Origin: Alphaproteobacteria bacterium
GTDB taxonomy: Bacteria; Pseudomonadota; Alphaproteobacteria; GCA-2731375
NCBI GenBank assembly: GCA_965225945.1
Contig: CBDDBZ010000039.1
Location: 256,001-320,000, forward strand
Direction: 5' to 3'
DNA: 64,000 nt
Shown: one piece after another, positions 33,565 through 43,405 of the stretch
Layout: each line of letters begins with the position of its first letter
Numbering within the stretch: the first letter of the stretch is position 1
Notes under the pieces: generated by a model
Told to the model about the DNA's origin: nothing
The model's input: the letters and a program-made list of their open reading frames with translations, nothing else
Database searches by the model: none
Made by a program: the position numbers and the translations under genes

Positions 33565-34407
33565 TTAGGCGGCCGGCGGCTCGGTCGAAAGCCACCAGCC
33601 CTCGCCGGCGAACCAGCAACTCTCGTCGGGCGCGCCGCCGCCGGCCCTGAGCGATCGGACCGCGCGCCAATCCCCCGCCTCGAAGGCCGCCGCCAGACCT
33701 TGGGCAAGGTCGTCCCTCTGGGCGCCGAGACAGGGGATGAAAGCCGCCCTCGAAATGAAGCGGGCGGCGAAATCGACGCCTTTCCCGGTTCGGCTCACCA
33801 GCAGCATGGCGCCGTATTCCCATCCCGGTGTCAGCAGAAAGATCAGGCGGCCGCCCGGCGCCAGGGCTTCGCGCCAGGCCTCGAGGGGCTCCGAGGCACC
33901 AGCGTTGACGTAGATCACGTCGCTTTCGGGGAGCGGCGCCTCGCTGCCCGAGCGCCGCGAGACCGCCACGTTCGGATAAGTGGCCAAATTCGCCTCCGTC
34001 CGCGCCGCCAGGTCCGGCGAGATCTCCAGCGCCTCGACACGGCCCCCGGCGCCGACGAGACGGGCCAACAACGCCGTGTAATAGCCGGCGCCACAGCCGA
34101 CATGCAGCACCCTCTCAGCCAGCGCGGGTGCCGCGGCGTTCAGGCATCGGGCAGGCAGGCTCGGTTGGCCGTTGTTGATCCCGCGCGCCGCGTCGAGGGC
34201 GATGACGATATCCTGGTAGAGATGGGCCGGATCGTCGCTCGGCGTTTCGATGTAGCCGCCCGGGACATGGACCCGCCACGGCCCCGGCGGGAGGAAATCC
34301 TCGCGGGCGACGGTCTGGAAGGCCTCGACGATGCGCGCGTCCTCGACACCCGCGCTCGCCGTGACGTAGCGCGCATAGAATTGACGGAACTCCGCAACCG
34401 AGCTCAT
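33565..34407 (-). CDS. Protein-L-isoaspartate O-methyltransferase family
   Basis: INNGQPS, VLHVGCGAGYYTA, DVIYVNAG. Confidence 0.85.
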   Translation of the reverse strand: MSSVAEFRQFYARYVTASAGVEDARIVEAFQTVAREDFLPPGPWRVHVPGGYIETPSDDPAHLYQDIVIALDAARGINNGQPSLPARCLNAAAPALAERVLHVGCGAGYYTALLARLVGAGGRVEALEISPDLAARTEANLATYPNVAVSRRSGSEAPLPESDVIYVNAGASEPLEAWREALAPGGRLIFLLTPGWEYGAMLLVSRTGKGVDFAARFISRAAFIPCLGAQRDDLAQGLAAAFEAGDWRAVRSLRAGGGAPDESCWFAGEGWWLSTEPPAA

Positions 34408-34421
34408 GGCACCGCCGTTGT

Positions 34422-35015
34422 CTAATGCGGGGCTTGGTGGAGGGCGGTGACGATCTCGGCGAATTCGTCGGCGAGCTGGCCGGGGCGGAGCGCCAGGAAG
34501 CACTCGGCGAGCTGGGCGTAATACCACAGCGTCGAGGCGCGCGGCTGGCTGAAGCGGTCCCAGATCCCGGGCCCGACCTCGGGATTGCGCGAATCACGCA
34601 GGATCGCCCGCGCGTTGTGCACCTTGTCGGCGAGGCTGACCAGCAGGGTTTCCTGGTCCATCTCCGCCAGATGCGCGATATAGGCCTCCTTGCGCTGCCG
34701 CCATGGCGCCTTCGCCTCGCCGCTCTCCGCCAAGCTGTCGGAACAGGCGGCGACGATCTCGGCGACCCGGGGGCCGAAGCGCTCTCCAATATCGGCGAGC
34801 CGCGCCCGCCCGCCCTGGTCCTCGGCGGCGTCGTGCAGCAGGGCGCCGATTGCCACGTCCTCGCCGCCGCCGTATTCCAAGACCGTCGCGGCGACGATCA
34901 TCAGATGGGCCACATAGGGGATGGTGGTGCCCTTGCGGGCCTGGCTGGCGTGCGCCTGGGTGGCGTAGACGAGGGCGCGCTCGAAGCGGTCGGTCAGGGC
35001 GATGGGCTCGGTCAT
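34422..35015 (-). CDS. HD-domain hydrolase (stand-alone SpoT/Mesh1-like)
   Basis: HASQARKG..PYVAH, LLHDAAED, ADKVHN. Confidence 0.87.
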   Translation of the reverse strand: MTEPIALTDRFERALVYATQAHASQARKGTTIPYVAHLMIVAATVLEYGGGEDVAIGALLHDAAEDQGGRARLADIGERFGPRVAEIVAACSDSLAESGEAKAPWRQRKEAYIAHLAEMDQETLLVSLADKVHNARAILRDSRNPEVGPGIWDRFSQPRASTLWYYAQLAECFLALRPGQLADEFAEIVTALHQAPH

Positions 35016-35099
35016 GTGTTCCTGTTTACCATGCGCTTTCGTGAACGCCCAAGAGGTGGCCACGGGCGCGGGGGCGGTCGAGACTTACCTCGGTCGCTA

Positions 35100-36038
35100 T
35101 CAGTCTTCCAGGTGAGCCAGGTATTGGCCGACGAAGTCGTGCTCGACGACGCGCGCGAAGGCCTCCTGCAAGGCTCTGGTGATCGGGCCGGGCACCGTCG
35201 GCTCCAACGGCGCGCGGCCCTGGATCGATTTGATCGGGCAGAGGCAGAGGCTGGTCGAGGAGATGAAGGCCTCGTCCGCCGTCGCCGCGTCGAACAGCGA
35301 AAGATCGCTCTCGCGGGCCGGAATGGCGAGCTCGCGACACAGCTCCAGCACCACGTCGCGGCTGATCCCCGCCAGCACGTAAGCGCCATTCGGCGTCATG
35401 ACCTCGCCGTCGCGCACCAGGAACAGGTTGGAGCCGCTCCCTTCGGTCAGGAAGCCCCGGGTGTCGAGCAAGACCGGCCAGGCGCCCGGCGTGGCATCAC
35501 GGACCTCGTTGGCGGCGACGATCAGGTTCAGGTAGTTGTGGGTCTTGGCGTTGGGCGAGAGCGCTTCGGGCGGTGTCCGCCGGGTCGGCGGGATCACCAC
35601 CTCGATGCCGTCGCGGAACAGCGCCGCCCGCGCCGCCAAGGGCAGCGGCACGCAGAGCACGATCACCGTCGGTCCCGCCTTGCCGCCCGGCCCGTCGGGC
35701 AGATTCGAGCCTCGGGTGATCCGCTGGAAAATCCAGTAGTCCTCGTTCTCGCCCAGAAGGGGGCGGTTGCGGGCGACGATATCCTCCGAGATCGCCGTCA
35801 ACTCCGCCTTCGAGAGGCCGGGATCGATATCGACGTAGCGGAGCGAGCGGTAGAGCCGGTCGATATGGGCCGCCAGCCGAAAGGTCTTGCCGGCGAAGGT
35901 CCGCGCGGTGTCGAACACCGCGTCGCCGAAGACGAAGCCCCGATCGTTGACATGGACCCGGGCCTCGGCCTCCGCGACGATCTCGCCGTCGAGATAGACC
36001 ACCCGTTGGTTGGCACCCGCCGTGGCCGTGTCGGTCAT
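35100..36038 (-). CDS. Class IV aminotransferase (IlvE/DAT-like)
   Basis: DRGFVFGDAVF, AKTHNYL, EGSGSNLF, LAGISR. Confidence 0.9.
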   Translation of the reverse strand: MTDTATAGANQRVVYLDGEIVAEAEARVHVNDRGFVFGDAVFDTARTFAGKTFRLAAHIDRLYRSLRYVDIDPGLSKAELTAISEDIVARNRPLLGENEDYWIFQRITRGSNLPDGPGGKAGPTVIVLCVPLPLAARAALFRDGIEVVIPPTRRTPPEALSPNAKTHNYLNLIVAANEVRDATPGAWPVLLDTRGFLTEGSGSNLFLVRDGEVMTPNGAYVLAGISRDVVLELCRELAIPARESDLSLFDAATADEAFISSTSLCLCPIKSIQGRAPLEPTVPGPITRALQEAFARVVEHDFVGQYLAHLED

Positions 36039-36280
36039 CGCTTCGCTACCTCCCGCCTCGCCTCGTTGAGCCGCCATGATGACGCCCGAGAGGCCGACAT
36101 GGCAACGACGGTATGAAATTCGGGCGAGGCCGTGTCGCGAGGATCGAGGCGGCGAGCCGGCATGATCCGCTGCTACGCAATCGCCCGGCCAGCCACTCGA
36201 TGGAAACCCTTTGGCAACCCTTACGGCGCTATAACCATGTCTTCATAGGCCAAGATTTACCCGGTGGACAGGGAAATGCC

Positions 36281-37042
36281 ATGCCCGACATGCGCGAAGT
36301 GAGCTTCGAAGCGGGCGAGACGATCTTCCGCGAGGGCGAACAGGCGGAATCGGTCTACCTGCTGCGCTCCGGCGAGGTCGAGGTCGTGCGCCAGAGCGAG
36401 CGCGACGAAGTCCGTATCGCGGTGATCGGCGAGGGCGAGCTGTTCGGCGAGATCGCGGTCATTCGGGGCCAGACGCGCTCGACCACGCTCCGAGCGCTGG
36501 GCCCGGCGAGCGCGCTCGAAATCCCCCGCGCCGATTTCCTCAAGGCCTTTCCCGACGACAATCCGCTCACCCTGAAAATTCTGCGCACGCTCTGTGGGCG
36601 CCTGCTCGACACGAATGACATGATGATGGATCTGCGAAGCCAGAAGGGCATCGCCGAGGACGACCTGCGACGCATCCGCCTGTTGCCCGATTCCGACGAG
36701 GTCGCGGCCCAGATCGGGCGTGACGGGCTGATCGTCGGCGAATTTCCCTTCGAGGTCGGTTGCCATGATCTCCCCGGCCTAAAACCGAGCCAGAGCGCTC
36801 AAGGCCTCACGCTCCGTCACACCGCTAGCCATCATCTCGAGACACGACAATTCGTGCTGGAGTTCCATCGCGGTCGCCTGCACCTCCGCGACCTCGCCAG
36901 CCGCCTCGGCACCTTGGTCAACGATACCCGGGTGGCCCACTTCGAGGACTCCACCTCGATCCCCCTGGAATTCGGCGAAAGCCGGATACGGACCGGTGGC
37001 ACCGACTCGCCCTATCGCTTCCGGCTCCTGGTCGAGGGTTGA
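36281..37042 (+). CDS. Cyclic-nucleotide-binding + FHA-like domain protein
   Basis: GETIFREGE...FGEIA...RSTT (cNMP); LRDLASRLGTLVN (FHA-like). Confidence 0.8.
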   Translation: MPDMREVSFEAGETIFREGEQAESVYLLRSGEVEVVRQSERDEVRIAVIGEGELFGEIAVIRGQTRSTTLRALGPASALEIPRADFLKAFPDDNPLTLKILRTLCGRLLDTNDMMMDLRSQKGIAEDDLRRIRLLPDSDEVAAQIGRDGLIVGEFPFEVGCHDLPGLKPSQSAQGLTLRHTASHHLETRQFVLEFHRGRLHLRDLASRLGTLVNDTRVAHFEDSTSIPLEFGESRIRTGGTDSPYRFRLLVEG

Positions 37043-37084
37043 TCGGAAGCTCCTCTGGTTCCGGCGGGATTTCGACGATCGGTC

Positions 37085-37534
37085 TCAGAACGGACGCACC
37101 ACGACCATTACCACGATGACGATCACCAATACGCTCGGCACTTCGTTGGCAATCCGGTAAAAGCGCGCGGAGCGTCGATTGCGATCGGCGGCGAAATCCT
37201 TGCCCCAGCGGGCATAAAAGCCGTGCAGCGTGCTCAGTGCCACGACGGCGACGAGCTTCACATGGATCCAGCCGTCGCTCCACTCGATCAGCCCCGGTGT
37301 CGCCAACAGCAGCCCGCCCAGGATCCAGGCGATGATCATCGCCGGAGTGATGATCGCCCGGAGCAGGCGCCGCTCCATCAGTTTCAGGGTTTCGGACAAT
37401 TCGGAGCCGGCTGTCGCGTCGGCGTGATAGACGTAGAGCCGGGGCAGATAGAACATGCCGGCCATCCAGGCGAGCACGGCGATGACGTGCAGCGCCTTGA
37501 TCCAGGGACCAAACTCCGACAGCAGCGCGCTCAT
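37085..37534 (-). CDS. hemJ: Protoporphyrinogen oxidase HemJ
   Basis: KALHVIAVLAWMAGMFYLPRLYVYH, NEVP. Confidence 0.94.
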   Translation of the reverse strand: MSALLSEFGPWIKALHVIAVLAWMAGMFYLPRLYVYHADATAGSELSETLKLMERRLLRAIITPAMIIAWILGGLLLATPGLIEWSDGWIHVKLVAVVALSTLHGFYARWGKDFAADRNRRSARFYRIANEVPSVLVIVIVVMVVVRPF

Positions 37535-38574
37535 GGCTCCGTATCCGCCATGGCGCAAGCGGCGAACGCGCTCGGGCAAAGCCGCGCGCCCTCCGCGCCG
37601 GCGGGTCGGCCGCTGGTCCGCACCAGGGCCATCCGGACGAGACGAGCCAAGCCCTCGATGAAGCGGGGATGGGTGGCGAGCGCCGGCACCCGGCGATAGA
37701 GGGGCACTTCCACCGCCGCCGCCAGGTCGGCATATTCCACATCGAGTTCCACCAAGGTCTCGGAATGCTCCGAGACGAAGGCGATCGGCACCACCACCAG
37801 GCTGCGGCCCTCGGCACCCGCGCGCGTGATCTCGTCCTCGGTCGAGGGTCCGATCCAGCTCAGGGGCCCGATCCGGCTCTGATAGCAGACCCGCCAATCG
37901 AGTTCGGGGACAGCGAGCCGGCGGGCCACCGCGTCGGCCGTCTGCTCGACCTGCCACTGGTAGGGATCGCCCGAGGCGACGACCTTCTCCGGCAAACCGT
38001 GGGCGGAAAACAGCAGCCGTGTGGGGCCGCCCTCCAGGCTCTCGGCGAGGATCGGCCCGATCAGCTCGGCCTGCGCCGCCACCAGGGCCTCCAGCACCGG
38101 ATAGCAGCAGACCACATGCATCGGGACCTCGAGTCCCAGGGCGCGGGCCGCCCGACGCCAGGCTAGCAGCGAAGATGCGGTCGTGGTGGTGGAGAATTGT
38201 GGATAGAGCGGTAGCAGAACGACCCGATGGGGCCGCCATTCGGCGAGCCCCCGGGCCGCCTCCTCGCTCATCGGATGCCAATACCGCATGGCCACCTCGA
38301 CCCGAACCTCGCCCAAGTCCGCCAGCGCCTCGGCCAAGGCCTCGGCCTGTGCCTCGGTCCCCGCCAAAAGCGGCGAGGCACCGCCCAACTGGGCATAAAT
38401 CTTGCGCGCGACCGGCGCCCGGCGGTGGGAGAAGAATTGCGCCAGCAGCCAGCGGAGTGGCCCCGGAACGCGCAATATGGCCGGATCCGAGAACAGATTG
38501 CGCAGGAACGGCCGGACCGCGTCCAGGCTGTCGGGACCGCCGAGATTGAGCAACACGACCGCCGTCCGCGCCAT
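37531..38574 (-). CDS. hemH: Ferrochelatase
   Basis: NLGGPD, LYPQFS, FSAHGLP, FVSEHSETLVELD. Confidence 0.96.
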   Translation of the reverse strand: MARTAVVLLNLGGPDSLDAVRPFLRNLFSDPAILRVPGPLRWLLAQFFSHRRAPVARKIYAQLGGASPLLAGTEAQAEALAEALADLGEVRVEVAMRYWHPMSEEAARGLAEWRPHRVVLLPLYPQFSTTTTASSLLAWRRAARALGLEVPMHVVCCYPVLEALVAAQAELIGPILAESLEGGPTRLLFSAHGLPEKVVASGDPYQWQVEQTADAVARRLAVPELDWRVCYQSRIGPLSWIGPSTEDEITRAGAEGRSLVVVPIAFVSEHSETLVELDVEYADLAAAVEVPLYRRVPALATHPRFIEGLARLVRMALVRTSGRPAGAEGARLCPSAFAACAMADTEP

Positions 38575-38582
38575 GACGCCTC

Positions 38583-39653
38583 TCACGCCTCCAACGTTTC
38601 GTCGCGCAACATCTCCGACAGCGCCTCGACATGCGCCGGCGGCGTCTCCGGCACGATACCGTGGCCGAGATTGAAGATATGCGGGCCACCGCTCAGCCGA
38701 CGGCGGAGTGCCCGAGCCTCGGCCAGCATCGCTTCGCCCCCGACGACCAGCAATTGAGGATCGAGATTACCTTGTAGACAGACGCCGTCGGCCAGTGCGT
38801 TGCGCGCCCAGGCGGCCGGCGTGCCCGTATCGAGGCCCAGCGCGTCGACTTCGGTTCCTCGCACATAGTCCGCCAACCGGGGCCCGGCGCCGCGGGGAAA
38901 GCCAATAATTGGGACCTCGAGTTCCCGCGCCCGGAGGCCGGCGACGATCCGCGCCGTCGGCCGGATCACCCAGCGGTCAAATTCCGCCGCCGCCAAGGAA
39001 CCGGCCCAGGTATCGAAGAGCTGCACCGCCTCGGCACCGGCCCGCACCTGGCCGGCCAGATAATCGATCGTCGCCCGGACCAAGAGATCCATCAGCGCCT
39101 CGAATCCCGCCGGATCGCCATAAGCCCAGCGCTTGGCATGGCGCTGGTCGGGACTGCCGCCACCCTCGACCATATAGGTGGCGACGGTCCAGGGCGCCCC
39201 GGCAAAGCCGATCAGCGCCACCTCCCCCGGCAGCGCGCCGGCTACCCGCGCCACCGTCTCGTAGACCGGCGCGAGCCGGGCCTCAACCCGGCACGCGTCC
39301 AGGCCGGCGAGGCCAGCCGCGTCGCGGATCGGCGCCAGCACCGGGCCGTTCCCTTCCCGATAGTCGAGCGATTGGCCGAGCGCATGGGGGATCAACAGGA
39401 TATCGGCGAACAGGATCGCGCCATCCATGCCATAGCGCCGGATCGGCTGCAGTGTCGCCTCCGCCGCCAGCTCCGGCGTCAGGCAGAGCTCGAGAAAGCC
39501 ACCGGCCCGGGCCCGGAGCGCACGATACTCGGGCAGATAGCGCCCAGCCTGGCGCATGAACCAGAACGGCGGCCGCGCCAGACGTTCACCGGCGAGCGCG
39601 CGGCACAGCGGTTTCGCCTTGCTCGATACTGCCCGTGTCCTGGAAACGCTCAC
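38583..39653 (-). CDS. hemE: Uroporphyrinogen decarboxylase
   Basis: WFMRQAGRYLPEY, GFAGAPWT, IFNLGHGI. Confidence 0.96.
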   Translation of the reverse strand: MSVSRTRAVSSKAKPLCRALAGERLARPPFWFMRQAGRYLPEYRALRARAGGFLELCLTPELAAEATLQPIRRYGMDGAILFADILLIPHALGQSLDYREGNGPVLAPIRDAAGLAGLDACRVEARLAPVYETVARVAGALPGEVALIGFAGAPWTVATYMVEGGGSPDQRHAKRWAYGDPAGFEALMDLLVRATIDYLAGQVRAGAEAVQLFDTWAGSLAAAEFDRWVIRPTARIVAGLRARELEVPIIGFPRGAGPRLADYVRGTEVDALGLDTGTPAAWARNALADGVCLQGNLDPQLLVVGGEAMLAEARALRRRLSGGPHIFNLGHGIVPETPPAHVEALSEMLRDETLEA

Positions 39654-40065
39654 CCCGTGCCCTCGCCAGCGTTTTATCCCAACTTCCAATAAATCATTAT
39701 ATTTTAAAAGGGAAATTGTGGTTCGTTGTTGGTGGAGGGAATGTCGGGGATTGCCATGATCTTCGCCGTTTAATCCCCTGGGCGAGGAAGTCGGCGGTGC
39801 GGTCGGGGGATGCTCTCCCGGCTTCGGGATCGATCGCGGAGCGGGGTGGTGCGACAGGCATTGCGGCGGGGCGCGGCTGTGGACGGATGGGGGAAGCAAT
39901 CCGTCTTGGGCCGGCAGTGCCCGGTTTTTGAGCCCACGCGGTCTCCGCCAGTTCCAGGGGGACGCAATGGTGGAGCGACGTGGCACAGGTCGCACGAATC
40001 CGGTTGCATGTCGTGTTCGCCCGACATATCCCCAGACAACGACATGATATCCCCATGAATGCATA
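39654..40065. other. Candidate chromosomal replication origin (oriC)
   Basis: Divergent hemE/DUF299 intergenic position; AT-rich tract 39672-39720 with IHF-like AATCATTATATTT; DnaA-box-like TGTGGACGG (39878) and ATATCCCCA (40026, 40047). Confidence 0.65.
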
Positions 40066-40899
40066 ATGACGGCGGCGGGACGACATTTGAGCAAATTTCA
40101 TCTTCATTTGGTGTCCGATGCGACCGGCGAGACCCTCGGCGCCGTGGCCAAGGCGGCGCTAGTCCAGTTCGAGAGCTCCGAGCCGGTCGAGCATCTCTGG
40201 ACCATGATCCGCACCCGCTCGCAGGTCGCCCGGGTGGTCGAGGGAGTGTGCGAAAACCCTGGCCTGGTGCTCTTCACCATGGTCGACCATCAGCTTCGCG
40301 AGATGCTGGTCGAGCAGTGCCGCAAGCACCGCATCGTCTCCGTCTCCGTGCTGGATCCGGTGATGCACGCGCTCGCGACCTACCTCGGCGCCGAGGCGGA
40401 GGAGCGGCCGGGCCGCCAGCACGTGATGGATGCGGAATATTTCCATCGCATCGACGCCATGCACTTTTGCCTCGCCCACGATGACGGCCACGGCGTCGAC
40501 CGCCTGCGCGAGGCGGAGGTGGTCCTGGTCGGCGTCTCGCGCACCTCGAAGACGCCGACCTGCATCTATCTCGGCAATCGCGGGATCAAGGCGGCCAACG
40601 TGCCGGTGGTGCCGGGGCTGCCTTTCCCCGAGTTGCTGGGCGCGCTCGAGCGCCCGCTGGTGGTCGGCCTGACCGTGAGCGCCGAGCGGCTGGTGCAGAT
40701 CCGCCGCCACCGGCTGTTGTCGTTGAACGAGACCTCGGCCACCGAGTATGCCGACATCGCCGCCGTGAAGCAGGAGTTGGTGTATGCCCGCCGGCTCTTC
40801 ACCTTGCACGGGTGGCCGGTTATCGACGTTACGCGGCGTTCGATCGAGGAGACGGCAGCGGCGGTGCTGAACGTGCTGTCACGCCGCCGGGCGGGGTGA
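40066..40899 (+). CDS. Pyruvate,water dikinase regulatory kinase/pyrophosphorylase (DUF299)
   Basis: HLVSDATGET, HDDG, GVSRTSKTPT, SIEETA. Confidence 0.94.
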   Translation: MTAAGRHLSKFHLHLVSDATGETLGAVAKAALVQFESSEPVEHLWTMIRTRSQVARVVEGVCENPGLVLFTMVDHQLREMLVEQCRKHRIVSVSVLDPVMHALATYLGAEAEERPGRQHVMDAEYFHRIDAMHFCLAHDDGHGVDRLREAEVVLVGVSRTSKTPTCIYLGNRGIKAANVPVVPGLPFPELLGALERPLVVGLTVSAERLVQIRRHRLLSLNETSATEYADIAAVKQELVYARRLFTLHGWPVIDVTRRSIEETAAAVLNVLSRRRAG

Positions 40900-41033
40900 G
40901 GCGGGATCGAGGTCGCTTGAGGTGTAGGTCGCTCGAGGTTGCCACGGCCGTCGCCATGCGCCACTCTGTGGGCCGAGCCGCCGGCACGGGCGGGCGGAGA
41001 CGAGAATCAGGGATCGACTTGGGAGGATTGACC

Positions 41034-42356
41034 ATGACGTCGGAGATCAAGCGGTACGGCAAGTGGGCCGTCTCCGCCGCGTCGGCGGTGGCACTTCTGA
41101 TCGGCGCCGGCATGGCGTCGGCACAGGAGAAGGTAATCATGGCCGTGCCCGCCTTTCTCACCGGCGCCGGCGCGCCGGCCTTCGGCGTTCCGGCGAAGAA
41201 CGGGGCCGAGCTCATCATTCGGGGCATCAACAACGGCGAGTTGCCGGCGCCCTATGACATCAAGGGGTTGGCGGGACGCCAGATCCAGGCGATCTTCTAC
41301 GACGAGTCCGGCGGCGGCACCAAGCAGGTCACGGAGCTGCGCAACAAGGTGCAGAAGGAGAACGTCGACATCGTCGTCGGCTACATCTCGTCCGGCACCT
41401 GCGCGGCGGTTACCCGCGTTGCCGAGGAGCTCAAGGTGCTGACGATCCAGACGGTGTGCGGTACGCCGCGCATCTTTGAGGAGCTCGACAAAAATCCGAA
41501 GTACGTGTTCCGCTCCATGAACCACGCGACCGGGAGCAACGTTTCGGCGGCACACTATGTCGCCCGAACCCTCGGCAAAGAGATCAAGGGCTTCGTCGGC
41601 CTCAATCAGAACTATGCCTGGGGACAGGATTCCTGGCGTGATTTCGAGCTGGCGATGAAGACCTTGGCGCCCGATATCGCGGCCTCCGGCAAGCAGCAGT
41701 TCCCGAAGATTTTTGCCGGCCAGTACGGCGCCGAGATCTCGGCCCTCCTGCGCGCCAAGCAGGAGCTGGTGCATTCGAGCTTCTGGGGCGGCGACCTGGA
41801 AGCGTTGATCGCGCAAGGATCGGCGCGCGGGCTCTTCAAGAAGAAGAAGTTCGTGCTCACGGTCGGCGAGACGGTGGCCTATCGCCTGGGCAAGAGGTTT
41901 CCCCAAGGCCTGATGGTCGGGACCCGTGGCCCCTATGGCATGTATGTGGTCGACGACCCCGCGCCGCTCAACCAATGGTTCCAGAAGGAATACCGCAAGG
42001 CTTATGGCGAGCCGCCCTCACAGCCCAGCTATCAGTATGCGCAAGGTGTCCTCGCCGCCAAATACGCTTACGACAAAGCGGCCAAGGGCGCGGGCGGGTT
42101 CCCCTCGACCGACCAGGTCATCACCGCGCTCGAGGGCGCGACCTTCCCGACTTTGGTCGGCACCGTCACGATGGCGCTGAGCAAGGGCCATCAGGCCGTC
42201 ACCGACGATCGTTGGGGGATCACCGTTTGGGACGACGCGCGCAATGAGATGGTGGTCAAGGACGTGGTGGTGTTCCAGGCGAGCTGCATCATGCCGCCAG
42301 ACGGCGTCGATTCCATCCCCTGGCTGGAAGGCGGCATGAAGGGCGCCAAGTGTTAG
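41034..42356 (+). CDS. Branched-chain-amino-acid-type ABC substrate-binding protein
   Basis: Signal peptide; NQNYAWGQDSW; heads the liv-type operon. Confidence 0.88.
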   Translation: MTSEIKRYGKWAVSAASAVALLIGAGMASAQEKVIMAVPAFLTGAGAPAFGVPAKNGAELIIRGINNGELPAPYDIKGLAGRQIQAIFYDESGGGTKQVTELRNKVQKENVDIVVGYISSGTCAAVTRVAEELKVLTIQTVCGTPRIFEELDKNPKYVFRSMNHATGSNVSAAHYVARTLGKEIKGFVGLNQNYAWGQDSWRDFELAMKTLAPDIAASGKQQFPKIFAGQYGAEISALLRAKQELVHSSFWGGDLEALIAQGSARGLFKKKKFVLTVGETVAYRLGKRFPQGLMVGTRGPYGMYVVDDPAPLNQWFQKEYRKAYGEPPSQPSYQYAQGVLAAKYAYDKAAKGAGGFPSTDQVITALEGATFPTLVGTVTMALSKGHQAVTDDRWGITVWDDARNEMVVKDVVVFQASCIMPPDGVDSIPWLEGGMKGAKC

Positions 42357-42459
42357 CAGTCGTCGGCCGGACCCGCGGTGGCTCGCTGCCGCCGCGGGTC
42401 CGGCGTCGTCGACCGCAGCCCCTAATGCCGTAACACCCGACCTCCGGCGAGGGCCGCGC

Positions 42460-43362
42460 GTGGACCTGCAACTGCTCACGATCATCCTCGTCGATGGCTT
42501 CGTCTATTCCTCCTACCTCTTCATGGTGGCGGTCGGGCTCACGGTCATCTTCGGCGTGCAGAAGGTCTTGAACCTGACGCACGGCTCGTTCTTCGCCTTC
42601 GGCGCTTATCTGGCCGCGAGCCTCATCGGCGTCTACTACGCCACCGATTTGCCGGAATTTGGCGGTTTCTTGGTCATCTTCCTGTCCGCCGCCGTGCTCG
42701 GCGTCTTCTTCGGCCTGTTGATCGAGCGCGGCCTGCTGAAATATCTCTACCATCGCGACGAGCACATCATCATCCTTGCGACCTTCGCCGCCTTTCTGGC
42801 GCTGGAGGACGTCATCATCCTGATCTGGGGCATGGATCCCTATTTCGCCTACCAGCCGATGGCGCTGCTGGGCTCCAGCGAGATCGCCGAGTTGACCTTC
42901 GACAACTACAACCTCTCGATGGTCGCGCTCTCGATGATCGTCGCCTTCGTCTTGTGGTTCGGCCTCAACAAGACGCGGTGGGGCAAGCTCCTGCTCGCCG
43001 TCATCCACGACCGCGAGATCAGCCAGGCGATGGGCATCGACGTCACCCGGGTCTTTCTCGCCACCTTCATGATCGGGGCTTTTCTGGGGGCACTCGGCGG
43101 TGCCTATGTGGCCCCCACGATTTCGGTGCTGCCGGGGATCGGGGTCGAGGTCATCGTGCTCGCCTTCGCCGTCGTCGTGATCGGCGGCATGGGCAGCATT
43201 CCGGGCGCGCTGATCGGCGCGATCGTCGTCGGCATCTCGCGCGCCGCCGCAGTGCATCTGCTGCCCGAGGTGGAGTTGTTCGTGATCTACGCGATCATGG
43301 CCTTGGTGTTGATCGTCCGGCCCGAGGGCCTGTTCGCCCCGCCCAAGGCCAGGAAGATATGA
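42460..43362 (+). CDS. LivH-type ABC permease
   Basis: GLTVIFG..NLTHG, VVVIGGMGS. Confidence 0.9.
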   Translation: MDLQLLTIILVDGFVYSSYLFMVAVGLTVIFGVQKVLNLTHGSFFAFGAYLAASLIGVYYATDLPEFGGFLVIFLSAAVLGVFFGLLIERGLLKYLYHRDEHIIILATFAAFLALEDVIILIWGMDPYFAYQPMALLGSSEIAELTFDNYNLSMVALSMIVAFVLWFGLNKTRWGKLLLAVIHDREISQAMGIDVTRVFLATFMIGAFLGALGGAYVAPTISVLPGIGVEVIVLAFAVVVIGGMGSIPGALIGAIVVGISRAAAVHLLPEVELFVIYAIMALVLIVRPEGLFAPPKARKI

Positions 43363-43405
43363 TTGCAATTGACATGAATCTCGAGCGCCCGCTGGGCCGT
43401 TTGCC

